Positions 48,020 through 58,334 of a stretch of 64,000 nt of DNA are shown here, one piece after another. This DNA comes from an uncultured delta proteobacterium. Lineage in GTDB: Bacteria; Myxococcota_A; Polyangia; Polyangiales; Polyangiaceae. The stretch spans positions 463,596-527,595 of the forward strand of contig CAVXOZ010000009.1 in the NCBI GenBank assembly GCA_963763505.1, read 5' to 3'. The position numbers were made by a program, and so were the translations under genes. Each line of letters begins with the position of its first letter. Within the stretch, counting starts at the first letter, position 1. The notes under the pieces were generated by a model. It saw only the letters and a list, made by a program, of their open reading frames with translations, ran no database searches and was not told the DNA's origin.

Positions 48020-49204
48020 TCACTTCGCGGCCACGGTGATCTTCCCGTCGGTCGCATTGACGCCATAGGTCGCCCAATACACGTGCATCGCGTCGACCGC
48101 GATTCCGGTCGGGCCATCCTGATTGGACGCGATCACCGTCGGGTTGTCGTTGCAGCCGCCGATAGCGCACTTCGCCACCCTCCCGCCGCCAGTGGCCGTC
48201 TGTCCGGCAACGACGCCGTCACCGGCCTCGGTCCAGTACACGTTGTCGGCATCCACCGCGATTCCAACGGCTCCGCTCAGACCCGATGCCAGCGTGGTCG
48301 GGCTGTTGTTGCACCCGTTCTTCGCGCACTTCAGGATTCGCCCGAGTCCAGATCCGTACGTATCGACAATGTAAACGCTCGTGCTGTCGAGCGCGATCTG
48401 CCCGAGCTCCGAGACGGCGCTGGACGGGCCTCCGCCCGGAGGTGTGACGCCCGGCGTGGGGTCTCTTAGCCCCGTCACGAGCGACGTCAGGCTGCTATTG
48501 CAACCGTTGATGGCGCACTTCATGACGCCCCCCAGCTGGACGGCCCAGTAGATGCTCGTGGCGTCCACTGCGATGCCGGTGGGCGGGAGCGCCGGTGAGG
48601 TCAACACTCTGGGGCTTGCGCAACCGCCGATGGGGCATGTCGCGATTTGCGAACTGTAGTACGTCGTCCAATAGGCGCTGGACCGGTCCACGGAGAGCGC
48701 GTAGGCGAACCCGGGTGCGAGCACCGCCGGGGCGTTGTTGCAGCCGCCGATGGAGCATTTGAGGAAGTGCGCGCCGCCCGTGGGATCGCCGGACAGCGGC
48801 GTCATGTCGTCCCAGTAGACGCTGGTCGCGTCCAACGCCAAGGGCAGCGGTACTCCCTGCGTCACGCCCTGCTGTCGCCCGGACGCGAGGACCGTCGGAC
48901 TGTTGCCGCAGCCCGCAATGGCGCATTTCATCACTTGCCCATCGGTGTAAGGGCCGCTCGACTTTCCGCCCGTGGCCGGGGGAGTCCCCGCGTTGATCCA
49001 ATAGACGTTGGCGCAGTCCACTGCGATCCCAGACGGAATGTGCTGCCCCGTCGCAAGGACGCCCGCCGGCACAGGGTCGCCAGCGGCGCACGCGGTGGAG
49101 GGATCCGGGGGAGGGCCGCTTCCGACACCGCTTCCGCCACAACCCGGTCCCCCGGTCAAGCTGGCTGCCATGGCGAGCGTGAAGAGGCGAGAGTTCATGC
49201 TCAT
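48020..49204 (-). CDS. Lipoprotein with a YWTD/LDL-receptor-class-B-like beta-propeller (7-8 blades) punctuated by KCAIxGCN motifs
   Basis: Lipobox LTGGPGCGG. Repeats of IAVD..(S/N)VYW......G.(I/V)(M/L)KCAI.GCN..PTVLAS occur eight times at about 45-aa spacing. Confidence 0.7.
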   Translation of the reverse strand: MSMNSRLFTLAMAASLTGGPGCGGSGVGSGPPPDPSTACAAGDPVPAGVLATGQHIPSGIAVDCANVYWINAGTPPATGGKSSGPYTDGQVMKCAIAGCGNSPTVLASGRQQGVTQGVPLPLALDATSVYWDDMTPLSGDPTGGAHFLKCSIGGCNNAPAVLAPGFAYALSVDRSSAYWTTYYSSQIATCPIGGCASPRVLTSPALPPTGIAVDATSIYWAVQLGGVMKCAINGCNSSLTSLVTGLRDPTPGVTPPGGGPSSAVSELGQIALDSTSVYIVDTYGSGLGRILKCAKNGCNNSPTTLASGLSGAVGIAVDADNVYWTEAGDGVVAGQTATGGGRVAKCAIGGCNDNPTVIASNQDGPTGIAVDAMHVYWATYGVNATDGKITVAAK

Positions 49205-49443
49205 CGGCCAGGCTCCCCCGCGAGGGAGCGCGAGCACGTCGATGACCTCATGGCGCGTGCACCCTGAGGCGTGCTGGCAGGGGCCGCAAGGGGAGGAGGC
49301 TCGCTTCGCGTGTTTGCCGCGGCGTTCGGGCTCAATCGACGGCGAATCGCTTGACCTCCGGCGGGATACCTGCGATGCCGCACCGAGAAGGCGCCGCTGC
49401 GCTCGTTCTTCCCTCCGGCTCGCCGGCGCCGAGCTTTTCTCCC

Positions 49444-50476
49444 ATGCGTTTCAAGCGTATTTGCGTTGCAGCCATATGCCTCGCCGCGGGGTTGATGATG
49501 ACCGCACCCGCTCGGATCGCGTTCGCGCAGGAGGCGTCGGCTGTCGACATCGCGCAGGCGCGCGAGCTCCTGAATCGCGGTCTGGCCCTGCGAAGCAAGG
49601 GAGACTCGCGCGCCGCCCTCAGCGACCTCAAAGCAGCCTACGGGCTGGCCCGTACGCCCATCCCGGGCCTCGAGCTTGGTCGTACGTACATGGACCTCGG
49701 GCAGCTGGTCGAGGCACGTGAGACGCTTCTATCAATCGCGCGCCTCGCCACGAGACCCGAAGAGACGGCCCGCTCGAAGGCGGCTCGCACCGAGAGCGCG
49801 TCGCTTGCGGACCAGCTGCGGACTCGCATCCCGAGCCTCATCGTGAAGGTCACCGGCGTCGCCATCGACTCGGTGGCCGTGACCATCGACGGGGCCGCCG
49901 TGCCGGGCGAAGCGCTCGCCGCGCCGCGACTCGTCGATCCGGGCGTTCACACGGTCGCGGCTCGAATCGACGACCGGCGGCGCCGCCGATACCACGGTGG
50001 ACTTGAAAGAGGGCGAGTCCCGCGAAGTGGAGCTCAAGATCGTATTCACGGGCGGGACGCCGCCGTCCCCCGAGGCCGCGCGGCCCGATCGCGCGGAGCC
50101 ACTCGCCACGCAGCCGCCGCTCGCCACGCAGCCGCTCGACAGCGCGACTCCAACCCCGACTCCGAGGTCGAATGTTGGCGGCTGGCTGCTGGTCGGAGGC
50201 GGGGCGGTCGTCGGTGTCGCTGGCCTCACGCTGATGGCGGTCGAGATCGGAAGCGCCAAGGACGCGGTCACGGCAAACGACAGGAGCCGCTACGATTCGG
50301 CCAAGACCGGCTGGACCGTCGGGCTCATTGGCACGATCGCGGGCGCGGTCGGCCTTGCAGCGGGCGGGGTCGTCGTCATTGCGGGCCGGCGAGCGCCCGA
50401 GTCCGCACAATCCGGACAAGCGCACGTCTGGCTGAGCGCCGGCCTCGACGACGTTCGCGTAGAAGGGACGTGGTAG
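49444..50476 (+). CDS. PEGA domain-containing protein with an N-terminal TPR-like region and a C-terminal TM anchor; one apparent frameshift near 49965
   Basis: ATG 49444 gives MRFKRICVAAICLAAGLMMTAPARIAFA (signal). The PEGA strand SLIVKVTGVAIDSVAVTIDGAAVP...VHTVAARIDD continues after a +1 shift as ...TTVDLKEGESREVELKIVF (frame of 49997..50476). C-terminal TM GGWLLVGGGAVVGVAGLTLMAV. Confidence 0.6.
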
Positions 50477-53206
50477 ATGAAGTGGTTCCGGGGGGAACGC
50501 CGTTCCTTCGTCGCGCACATCGGCCAGCTCGCGCTTCTGGCAGGCGTGCTCCTCGCGGGCGTGGCCGGCTGCCTCCCGTCGTTCCCGTCCGAGACGTCCA
50601 CCGACGGCGGCGTCGCGCGCGACGCAACGACGCCTGCGACGATGGGCCACCCGGATGCTGCGCCGAACGAGGAGGCGAGCGGAATCACGCCGGGAGCCGA
50701 TGCGGCGACGCCGCCGATAAGCCTCGGGATCGGCGCAAGCTGCACGAGCGGCGCGTCGTGCGCGTCGACCTTCTGCGCGGACGGCGTCTGCTGCGATGAG
50801 GCGTGCACGGATAGCTGCATGCAGTGCAACTTGCCGGGGCTCGTCGGCGCGTGCTCGCCGGTGACGCGCGGGCAGGACCCCTCCCCGACCCATACGGCTT
50901 GCCAGGTCGCCGCCGCGTCGACCTGCCAGCAAGACGGCCACTGCGATGGGAGTGGCCACTGCGAGTTGTGGCCCAACGCCACGAGCTGCGGCGGTGGGTC
51001 GTGCAACTCCTCGGGCAACGCCGCCGTCAGCGGGTCGTCTTGCGACGGAGCCGGCACCTGCAAGCCGGCGCCGACAGTGACGTGCGCGCCATTCAAGTGC
51101 AACGCCGGGGGCACGGCCTGCTCGACGACCTGCGCGAGCGACGGCGACTGCGTGGGACAGCCCTGCGTCAACGGCTCTTGCGGCGTCGTCGCCAACGGGT
51201 CCCCGTGCACCTCCGGGTCACGATGCGCTTCCGGCAACTGCATCGACGGCTACTGCTGCGGAGCGTGCGGCGACTCTTGCCAGGCGTGCGACATCTCCGG
51301 GCAGCAGGGCACCTGCCAGACCGTGGCGGCGGGCCAGCCGCATGGCTCGCGGGCCGCGTGCTCCGGGACGGGGGCGTGCCAGGGAAGCTGTGACGGGGTG
51401 GATCCGATGTGCACGTATTCGGGCACGCTCACGTGCGCGTCGCAGACCTGCTCGAACGGGGTCGTCTCGCTCGCCTCCACGTGCAACGGAACCGGCGCGT
51501 GCAGCTCCCAGTCGATGTCGCCGTGCAATGGCTTCGCATGCAACGGGGCGATGTGCTTCACGAGCTGCTCGGGTGACGGGCAGTGCGCGGCGGCGACACC
51601 CTATTGCAACGCGAGCTCGAGCAGTTGCCAGGCGACGGCTCCGCTGGGGCATGCGTGCACGGCGGGGACGACGACGTGCGCCGCCGGCGCGTACTGCGTG
51701 AACGGCGTGTGCTGCGGAACGTCGTCGTGCACGGCGCTCGACTCGTGCCACATGCCGGGCACGTGCGCCGCTGGAACCGGCGTGTGCTCGAACCCGACGG
51801 TCCCGGACGCCACGGTGTGCGGCACGAACATGACCTGCGCGGCCGGAAACTGCGGTTGCGCCAGCGGGTATACGTCGTGCACGGGCGTTTGCGTCGCCAC
51901 GGGCACAGACGTCAACAACTGCGGGTCCTGCGGCAACGTGTGCACGAGCGTGCAGCAATGCAGCAGCGGCATGTGCAAGGCCATTCCGGAAGTCCTGACG
52001 GTCAACTTCCGCGGTCTGGGCGGGCAGACGGCATCCATCGCCTCGAGCCCCTCTGGCATCTCGTGCTCGGGGACGACGTGCTCGACGACGGCCTCGTACC
52101 CCCTGGGGTCGAGCGTGACGTTGACCGTCACGCAAGCGGCGGGCGCCCTCATCGCCTGGTCGAACGGCTGCACGGGGACGACCTGCAATGTGCCCATCAA
52201 CGGGGCAGTGACGGTCAACGTCACGACGACGACCAAGAACATCGTCTTTATCTCGAGCGCCTCACACAGCGGAAACTTCGGCGGCATCTCGGGCGGGCCG
52301 CCGTTCTGCAACTCGCTGGCCGCAGCGGCGGGAATCCCGGGCCACTTCGTCGCCTTTCTCGCCACATCCACGGCGACGACGTTTTCGACTCTGGGGTCTG
52401 CGCGCGGGTGGATTCGTCCCGACGGCTTGCCCGTCACCGACACCGTCTCGGGGTTCCAGAATAACCAGACGATGTTCTACCCGCCCGCTCTGAACGAGCT
52501 CGGGCAGATAGAGGACCAGACGTTCTTCACGGGCACCGGCGGTCAATCGACGTGCGGGGACTGGACGGTGACGACGGGGATCGCGGAAGGCGGCGAGAGC
52601 CCCCTGGACGAGGCCGGCCGATTCTTCGGGATCGACGGCGTCTCCTGCGGTGGAGCCCCGGTGATCTGCTTCGGAACCGACCTCACTTCGCAGGTCTCGG
52701 TGACCCCGGTGGCCGGCCGGCACGTCTTCGCCTCGAGCTCCGTGTTCACCACCACGTCGGGCGTCGCGGGGGGGGACTCGACTTGCCAGAGCGCGGCGAG
52801 CGCCGCGGGGCTCGCGAATCCGACGCACTTTCTCGCGCTCCTCTCGACGACCACGGCGAGCGCCGCCTCCCGGTTCAACCTCAACGGCACGCCGTGGGTC
52901 CGGCCCGACGGGGTGCAGGTCGCTTCGACGCCCGCCAATTTCATGGCCGGAACGTTGATGGCTCCGGTCTCGCTCAACGAGAGCGGGGCCGTAGCCGGCA
53001 ACTACGTGTGGATCGGGACCTCGGCAAGTCCGAACCAGACCGCGGCAAGCTCGAACGAGAGCTGCAACGACTGGTCGACCGCGTCGAGCGCGGTAAACGG
53101 TGCGATCAACGACCCACACCGCGGAGACGCCAACGCCCTCGGCGGTCTCAATGTCGCCGCCTGCAACAACAACTACGGCACAGCGCTGATTTGCGTCGAA
53201 AATTGA
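50477..53206 (+). CDS. Large cysteine-rich repeat lipoprotein with two tandem about 150-aa C-terminal domains
   Basis: Signal/lipobox LLAGVLLAGVAGC. Residues 90-480 are CxxC/Cys-rich repeats (GxCxxGxCC, C.NG.C). The C-terminus has duplicated domains containing FCNSLAAAAG...STCGDWT and CQSAASAAGL...SCNDWST. Confidence 0.8.
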   Translation: MKWFRGERRSFVAHIGQLALLAGVLLAGVAGCLPSFPSETSTDGGVARDATTPATMGHPDAAPNEEASGITPGADAATPPISLGIGASCTSGASCASTFCADGVCCDEACTDSCMQCNLPGLVGACSPVTRGQDPSPTHTACQVAAASTCQQDGHCDGSGHCELWPNATSCGGGSCNSSGNAAVSGSSCDGAGTCKPAPTVTCAPFKCNAGGTACSTTCASDGDCVGQPCVNGSCGVVANGSPCTSGSRCASGNCIDGYCCGACGDSCQACDISGQQGTCQTVAAGQPHGSRAACSGTGACQGSCDGVDPMCTYSGTLTCASQTCSNGVVSLASTCNGTGACSSQSMSPCNGFACNGAMCFTSCSGDGQCAAATPYCNASSSSCQATAPLGHACTAGTTTCAAGAYCVNGVCCGTSSCTALDSCHMPGTCAAGTGVCSNPTVPDATVCGTNMTCAAGNCGCASGYTSCTGVCVATGTDVNNCGSCGNVCTSVQQCSSGMCKAIPEVLTVNFRGLGGQTASIASSPSGISCSGTTCSTTASYPLGSSVTLTVTQAAGALIAWSNGCTGTTCNVPINGAVTVNVTTTTKNIVFISSASHSGNFGGISGGPPFCNSLAAAAGIPGHFVAFLATSTATTFSTLGSARGWIRPDGLPVTDTVSGFQNNQTMFYPPALNELGQIEDQTFFTGTGGQSTCGDWTVTTGIAEGGESPLDEAGRFFGIDGVSCGGAPVICFGTDLTSQVSVTPVAGRHVFASSSVFTTTSGVAGGDSTCQSAASAAGLANPTHFLALLSTTTASAASRFNLNGTPWVRPDGVQVASTPANFMAGTLMAPVSLNESGAVAGNYVWIGTSASPNQTAASSNESCNDWSTASSAVNGAINDPHRGDANALGGLNVAACNNNYGTALICVEN

Positions 53207-53261
53207 GGCGCTCGCCACGTTCGCGGCCCCTGGTAACGTAGGGCTTCGAGGCGCAGCGCTC

Positions 53262-54830
53262 ATGTCGAACCGGGGTGACGGCCAGGACTCGCCACGACGA
53301 GCCGGAATCGGCTCGTCCCCCGGCTCGGGCCACCCGGACTCGGGGCGCGTGCCGGCGCAGGGCGAGGTGATCGACGGCAAGTACCGCGTCGACGGCATGC
53401 TCGGGATGGGCGGCATGGGGGTCGTCGTATCGGCGCGCCATATTCAGCTCGGCCAGCGCGTCGCCATCAAGTTCATGCGCTCCGCGGCGGGCGACGCATC
53501 CTCCGTGGAGCGATTCTTCCGGGAGGCGCGCGCGGTCGTGTCCCTGTCGAGCGAGCACGTCGCCAAGGTCCTCGACATGGGCACCCTCGAAGACGGATCG
53601 CCCTACATCGTGATGGAGTTTCTCGCTGGAATCGACCTCGGCGAGTCACTCAAGCGCCGCGGTCCCATGCCGATCGCGACGGCGGTCGAGAGCGTCCTGC
53701 AAGCGTGCGAGGCCATCGCCGAAGCGCATTCGGTCGGGATCGTCCACCGCGATCTGAAGCCGTCGAACCTGTTCGTGACCACACAGCTCGACGGCGCGTC
53801 GTTCGTGAAGGTGCTCGACTTCGGCATTTCGAAGATGGCCCCGGCAGCTGGGCTCGCCAACGATCTGACGGCGAGCGGCGCGATCATGGGGTCGCCTGCG
53901 TACATGTCGCCCGAGCAAGTGCGCAATTCGAAGAACATCGACGCGCGCAGCGACATCTGGGCGATCGGCGTCATTCTCTACGAGCTTCTCTCGGGAGTGA
54001 GCCCCTTCCGCGGCGACACGCTCGGCGAAGTCTTCTCGCGGATCGTGTCGGATTCGCCGGTTCCCATCGACCACCTGCGGCCGGAAGTGCCGGCGGGCCT
54101 CGCCGGAGCGATAAGCAAGTGCCTCGAGCGCGACCCGGCGCTGCGCTTCTCGAACCTCGGCGAGCTCGCGTCCGTGCTGCTCCCGCTCGCGCCGGCCGAA
54201 GCGGTCATCTCGGTGAGGCGGATCCTGCGGGTCTGTGCCGGAGTCGCAGGGCCAGTTCCCGCGAGCAGCGGGACGCTCGCGGCGCCCGGGCCGTCTTGGG
54301 CGGAGCACGCCTCGCTCGATCGCGTCGAGACGGGGCCCGCGTGGCTCCGATCGAACGCGATCCCGGAGCGGGCCGTTCGTCGGTCGCGCGGTCTCGTGGC
54401 GATCGTGGCCGTCGGAGTGGTCGCGTCGATCGGCGCGGGGCTCTACGTGGCGCAGCGGAGCCAGGGCGGAGCCGCGGCGAGCGACGTCGGGAGTCAGGCG
54501 ACCACGCGGGCGATTGCGGCGTCTGCGGCGCCCCTCCCACCGTCGGCCCCGGCTGCCTCTTCGTCCTCGGGGTCGCTCACCCCGGGGCCGGCACCGGTTG
54601 CAGCGGCTGCTCGCGACACCGAGCCTCGCGAGGTCGCGACCGAGCAGGCGCCGCCGCCCATACCGGTCCCGAGCGGCGCATCGAGCGGGCTCCTCACCCG
54701 GCATCCGCGCCCCGTCCACGTCGCGCCGATCGTGCCGCCGGCGCCTCGCCCGCCGACCCCCGCGGCCCCCCCCCGCGCGCAGACCCCCGCAGCCGCATCC
54801 ACCGCTCCACCGGAGACCGACGTCTTCTAG
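53262..54830 (+). CDS. Ser/Thr protein kinase with a TM segment and a Pro-rich C-terminal tail
   Basis: GMGGMGVVVSA, VAIK, HRDLKPSNLFV, DFG and SPAYMSPE. TM LVAIVAVGVVASIGAGLYV. The tail is Pro/Ala-rich. Confidence 0.85.
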   Translation: MSNRGDGQDSPRRAGIGSSPGSGHPDSGRVPAQGEVIDGKYRVDGMLGMGGMGVVVSARHIQLGQRVAIKFMRSAAGDASSVERFFREARAVVSLSSEHVAKVLDMGTLEDGSPYIVMEFLAGIDLGESLKRRGPMPIATAVESVLQACEAIAEAHSVGIVHRDLKPSNLFVTTQLDGASFVKVLDFGISKMAPAAGLANDLTASGAIMGSPAYMSPEQVRNSKNIDARSDIWAIGVILYELLSGVSPFRGDTLGEVFSRIVSDSPVPIDHLRPEVPAGLAGAISKCLERDPALRFSNLGELASVLLPLAPAEAVISVRRILRVCAGVAGPVPASSGTLAAPGPSWAEHASLDRVETGPAWLRSNAIPERAVRRSRGLVAIVAVGVVASIGAGLYVAQRSQGGAAASDVGSQATTRAIAASAAPLPPSAPAASSSSGSLTPGPAPVAAAARDTEPREVATEQAPPPIPVPSGASSGLLTRHPRPVHVAPIVPPAPRPPTPAAPPRAQTPAAASTAPPETDVF

Positions 54831-55094
54831 CGATTCTGCCTTGGCTAGGCGGGAGTCCCCGAGCACGGCCGCCGTGCAATCGAGGGCGTACGCGCGAGCT
54901 CGTCGGGACGCCTCTTCCTTGGCGCGACCTGCGTGAAGTCGATCGCGCCACCCTTGTTACTCCCAGCCTGCGGCGGGGCGGCGCTAGATCATGATCGGTC
55001 GGCTCAACGAGGAAGGAAGAAGACGATGACCACACAGAGAATCGAAGGATCGGTCGCGCTGGTGCAAGTGTGATGAAGGAAAAGGAGAAGAGCG

Positions 55095-55859
55095 ATGACC
55101 AAGCACATGACAGGGACACGTGAAGAGTGGCTGGCCGCGCGGCTCGAGCTGCTCAAGGAAGAGAAGGAGCTGACGCGACGCAGCGACGAGACGGCGCGGC
55201 GGCGGCGGGAGTTGCCGTGGGTTCAGATCGACAAGCAGTATCGATTCGACACCGACGAAGGGAGCGCCTCGCTGAAGGACCTCTTCCGGGGCCGCTCGCA
55301 GCTACTCGTCTACCACTTCATGTTCGGGCCCGATTACAAAGCGGGGTGTCCGTCCTGCTCGGCGATCGCGGACGGGTTCGACGGCTCCGTCGTCCACCTG
55401 GCCAACCACGACGTCACGCTGTCGGCGGTGTCGCGGGCGCCTCTCGCCAAGCTGCAGGCGTACAAGCAGCGGCTAGGGTGGACGTTTCCCTGGGCGTCCT
55501 CGTTCGGCGGCGATTTCAACGCCGACTTCAGCGTCGGGTTCACCGAGGAGCAACAGAGCAAGGGGGCCATCGAATACAACTACCGGCGCGAGGCGCCGCG
55601 GCGGGTCCCGGCCGGAAAAGGCGGGCCGGCGGCGGAGCACGCGGCCATGGCTGGAACCGACCCGGCCACGTTCCTGCGCGAGAGGCCGGGCATCAGTGCG
55701 TTCGCGCTCGACGACGGCGTCGTCTATCACGCCTATTCCGCCTATGCGCGCGGACTCGACGGCCTCTGGGGCATGTACCAATGGCTCGACCGCGCACCCA
55801 GGGGGCGCAACGAGACGGGCGCCTGGTGGCGCCGCCACGACGAGTACAAGAAGGGCTGA
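55095..55859 (+). CDS. DUF899 thioredoxin-like family protein
   Basis: RBS aaggagaag precedes ATG 55095. Motifs LLVYHFMFGPDYKAGCPSCS and HDVTLSAVSRAPL are characteristic of DUF899. Confidence 0.8.
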   Translation: MTKHMTGTREEWLAARLELLKEEKELTRRSDETARRRRELPWVQIDKQYRFDTDEGSASLKDLFRGRSQLLVYHFMFGPDYKAGCPSCSAIADGFDGSVVHLANHDVTLSAVSRAPLAKLQAYKQRLGWTFPWASSFGGDFNADFSVGFTEEQQSKGAIEYNYRREAPRRVPAGKGGPAAEHAAMAGTDPATFLRERPGISAFALDDGVVYHAYSAYARGLDGLWGMYQWLDRAPRGRNETGAWWRRHDEYKKG

Positions 55860-55959
55860 GCAGTGAGCTGGCCGCCGTCACCACCTGAGGAGCTCGGCTC
55901 GCCCGTGTGGGCGGAGTCTTGCGGGAATAGCGGTGACGCTCCACCGATCGCGGCTGACT

Positions 55960-56030
55960 TTCGCAGGGCGCCGCAATAATCCGATTAGCTGATAGTTATC
56001 ATTACGAATCTTCTGTGCATTCCGTCGAGC
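55960..56030. promoter_or_regulatory. AT-rich island (caataatccgattagctgatagttatcattacgaatcttctgtgcattc) in an otherwise ~70% GC background; candidate promoter/UP element for the 56123 lipoprotein
   Basis: A local GC drop is seen directly. It lies about 100 bp upstream of the RBS gggagg and ATG 56123. Confidence 0.35.
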
Positions 56031-56122
56031 GCTCGGTGCGTTCGGTGCTATGGGCTCTGTGGGTCGAGAGCGGTCGCGTCGGTGCGGCGACACGACACGC
56101 ATCCCGTCCAGGGAGGCTCGCG

Positions 56123-57619
56123 ATGAAGCGCACGAGAAACCCCCTCGTTGCGGGGGTCGCGCTGACTGTGGCCGTGCTGCTGGCAACGTCCGGCGGCTGC
56201 GGAAGCCAGAAGAACGGTGAGGACTTCGCCGGGGCGGACGACGCGTCCTCCGACGCCCAGGACGACGGGGCCAGCGTCGGCTTCGGCCAGGGCAGCGCGA
56301 CGACCGGCGGTTTCTCTGCGGGCACGTGCTCGCCCGCAGACGGGCTGGGCTGCAAGGTGGACAACAACTGCCCGGGTGGAAAGCAGACGACGATCACGGG
56401 CAAGGTCTACGACCCGGCGGGAAAGAATCCGCTCTACAATATCTCCGTCTACGTCCCGAACGATCCGAGCAAGCTGGCGGCGATCACCCCGGGGACGAAC
56501 ACCTGCGTCCCGTGCATGCCGATCAGCGACTACGTTGCGCTCACGCAGACGGCCCCCGATGGCTCCTTCACGCTGGCGGGCGTGCCCTCGGGCAAGAACA
56601 TTCCGCTCGTGGTCCAGGTCGGCAAGTGGCGGCGCGTGATCCCGGTCGCCAATGTCGCCGACTGCGCAACGACCGCCGTCCCCGATAGCGGCAGCGGCCA
56701 GGCACGCCTCCCGCGAGACCAGAAGGAGGGGGACATGCCGGAGATGGCCCTGCTCACGGGAGGGCTCGACGACCTCGGATGTTTCATGAACCGGATGGGC
56801 ATCGACGCCAGCGAGTACTCCGCGCCCCAGCACGGAGGCCGGCTCGACATCTACCAGGGGCTTGGAAACGCGGCGGGCGGTGGGCAGGCGAACGGGCCGG
56901 CCCTCTCGACCGGCAAGGCCGGCGACTGTACGAACACGAGCTGCCCGCTGTGGGCGAGCAAGAAGAGCTTCGAGTCGTACGACATCGTGCTCCTCGCCTG
57001 CGAGGGCGACACCTACGACGCGGACGCGCGCGTCGACGGAGGCATCAACTTCGGCGGAACGGCCACCAACGTCACGCCGGTGGGCAAGCAGGCGATGCAC
57101 GACTGGCTGAACGAGGGCGGCAAGGTCTTCGCGACGCACTTTCACTACACGTGGTTCGCGAACGGACCCACCGACTTCCGGACCGTCGCCACGTGGCTGG
57201 GCCCCTCGGTCGGCAACCAGCAGATCCAGGGTGCGATCGACACGAGCTTCGCCAAGGGGCAAGCGTTCCACACCTGGCTCGAGGACGTCGGCGCGCTTGG
57301 CACCGGCGGGCTGCTCTCGATGACGGGGGTGGCCACGAGCGTCCTCGGGGTCAACGCCCAGACGACCCTCCGCTGGATCTACGACAACGCCACCAATCTT
57401 CCGAAGTACCTGTCGTTCGAAACGCCGATCGGCGGGACGGGCGGCGCGGACTCCTATTACTGCGGCAAGGCGGTCTTCACGGACCTGCACGCGGGCGGCG
57501 CTCCGATGGGCGACGTGCCCGGGAGCTGCAAGGCGAGCGCCCTCTCGGAGCAAGAGAAGGCGCTCGAGTTTCTCTTCTTCGACCTCGCCTCCTGCGTGAA
57601 TGACACCGTTACGAAGTAG
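56123..57619 (+). CDS. Hypothetical lipoprotein
   Basis: MKRTRNPLVAGVALTVAVLLATSGGCGS lipobox. About 500 aa with no motif I can assign. The antisense 501-aa ORF is an artefact. Confidence 0.6.
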   Translation: MKRTRNPLVAGVALTVAVLLATSGGCGSQKNGEDFAGADDASSDAQDDGASVGFGQGSATTGGFSAGTCSPADGLGCKVDNNCPGGKQTTITGKVYDPAGKNPLYNISVYVPNDPSKLAAITPGTNTCVPCMPISDYVALTQTAPDGSFTLAGVPSGKNIPLVVQVGKWRRVIPVANVADCATTAVPDSGSGQARLPRDQKEGDMPEMALLTGGLDDLGCFMNRMGIDASEYSAPQHGGRLDIYQGLGNAAGGGQANGPALSTGKAGDCTNTSCPLWASKKSFESYDIVLLACEGDTYDADARVDGGINFGGTATNVTPVGKQAMHDWLNEGGKVFATHFHYTWFANGPTDFRTVATWLGPSVGNQQIQGAIDTSFAKGQAFHTWLEDVGALGTGGLLSMTGVATSVLGVNAQTTLRWIYDNATNLPKYLSFETPIGGTGGADSYYCGKAVFTDLHAGGAPMGDVPGSCKASALSEQEKALEFLFFDLASCVNDTVTK

Positions 57620-57806
57620 CTATCGTTCACGGACCGGGCGGTGACGCCACGCTTCCCATCGGGCGCGTGGTCGGCCCCACTGACGTCGCCGCGCTCGCTG
57701 TCCACATATGACCAACACGGCGCTCACGGGTGCGACCTATGACGTCGACGGCGGGCAGCAGTTCGTCGCCGGCTTAGCGTCGTCTTCGTGCTCGAATAAG
57801 GGCCGA

Positions 57807-58289
57807 TCACTGGCACGTGCCCGTCATGTTGCCGAAGTTCGCGACCGTCGACAGGCTGACGTTGCAGACGGACACCGAGAACGGCCCGCTCACCTCGCCG
57901 CTCGAAAAGACGGCATCCACCGTCCCTTCGATAAGGGTCGAGCTTACGGTGGTGTACGTGACGGTGCCGCTCGTGGCCATGAGTTGTGCGGTCGTCTGGC
58001 AAGCGGGACCGTCGGTCATGTATTGCACCTGAGTCGCTCCCGCGCCGACGTCGAACGTCCCCGGTTGCACCGGTTCCGGCGCGGCGACGCCGATGAGGAT
58101 CACGGCGCCATTTGGCTGCAGCGAGTCGGACATGACCGACGAACACGCGCCCTTCCACGAAGTGAGCGCCACGTCCGCCTCGTAACCCGACGCACCATTG
58201 ACCGTGACTTGACCCGCAAGGCCCGCGATCGAGGTCGCCACCTGCAGCGCCAGCACCGGGCCGACGGAGACGTGCCCCAGCGGCGACAC
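57807..58289 (-). CDS. Possible small secreted Thr/Ser/Val-rich protein; start uncertain
   Basis: Frame 57807..58634 has coding-like GC3 over its last about 160 codons (...VTVNGASGYEADVALTSWKGACSS...NFGNMTGTCQ*) but no convincing start or signal peptide. Divergent from the htrA-like gene. Confidence 0.3.
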   Translation of the reverse strand: MSPLGHVSVGPVLALQVATSIAGLAGQVTVNGASGYEADVALTSWKGACSSVMSDSLQPNGAVILIGVAAPEPVQPGTFDVGAGATQVQYMTDGPACQTTAQLMATSGTVTYTTVSSTLIEGTVDAVFSSGEVSGPFSVSVCNVSLSTVANFGNMTGTCQ

Positions 58290-58334
58290 GTGCGTGAGCG
58301 GCTGCTGCCAGGCACCGGCAGGTCCTCCCCCGAA

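Noticed and set aside
57708-58334. First about 210 codons of the plus-strand ORF 57708..59342 as part of the HtrA-like gene
   Set aside because: That N-terminal stretch is Arg-rich junk. A GTG at 58335 gives a proper lipoprotein signal (MRPRRDAVARTSIGSVGLLALGLAAC), so the upstream part is non-coding and instead faces a possible minus-strand small gene.
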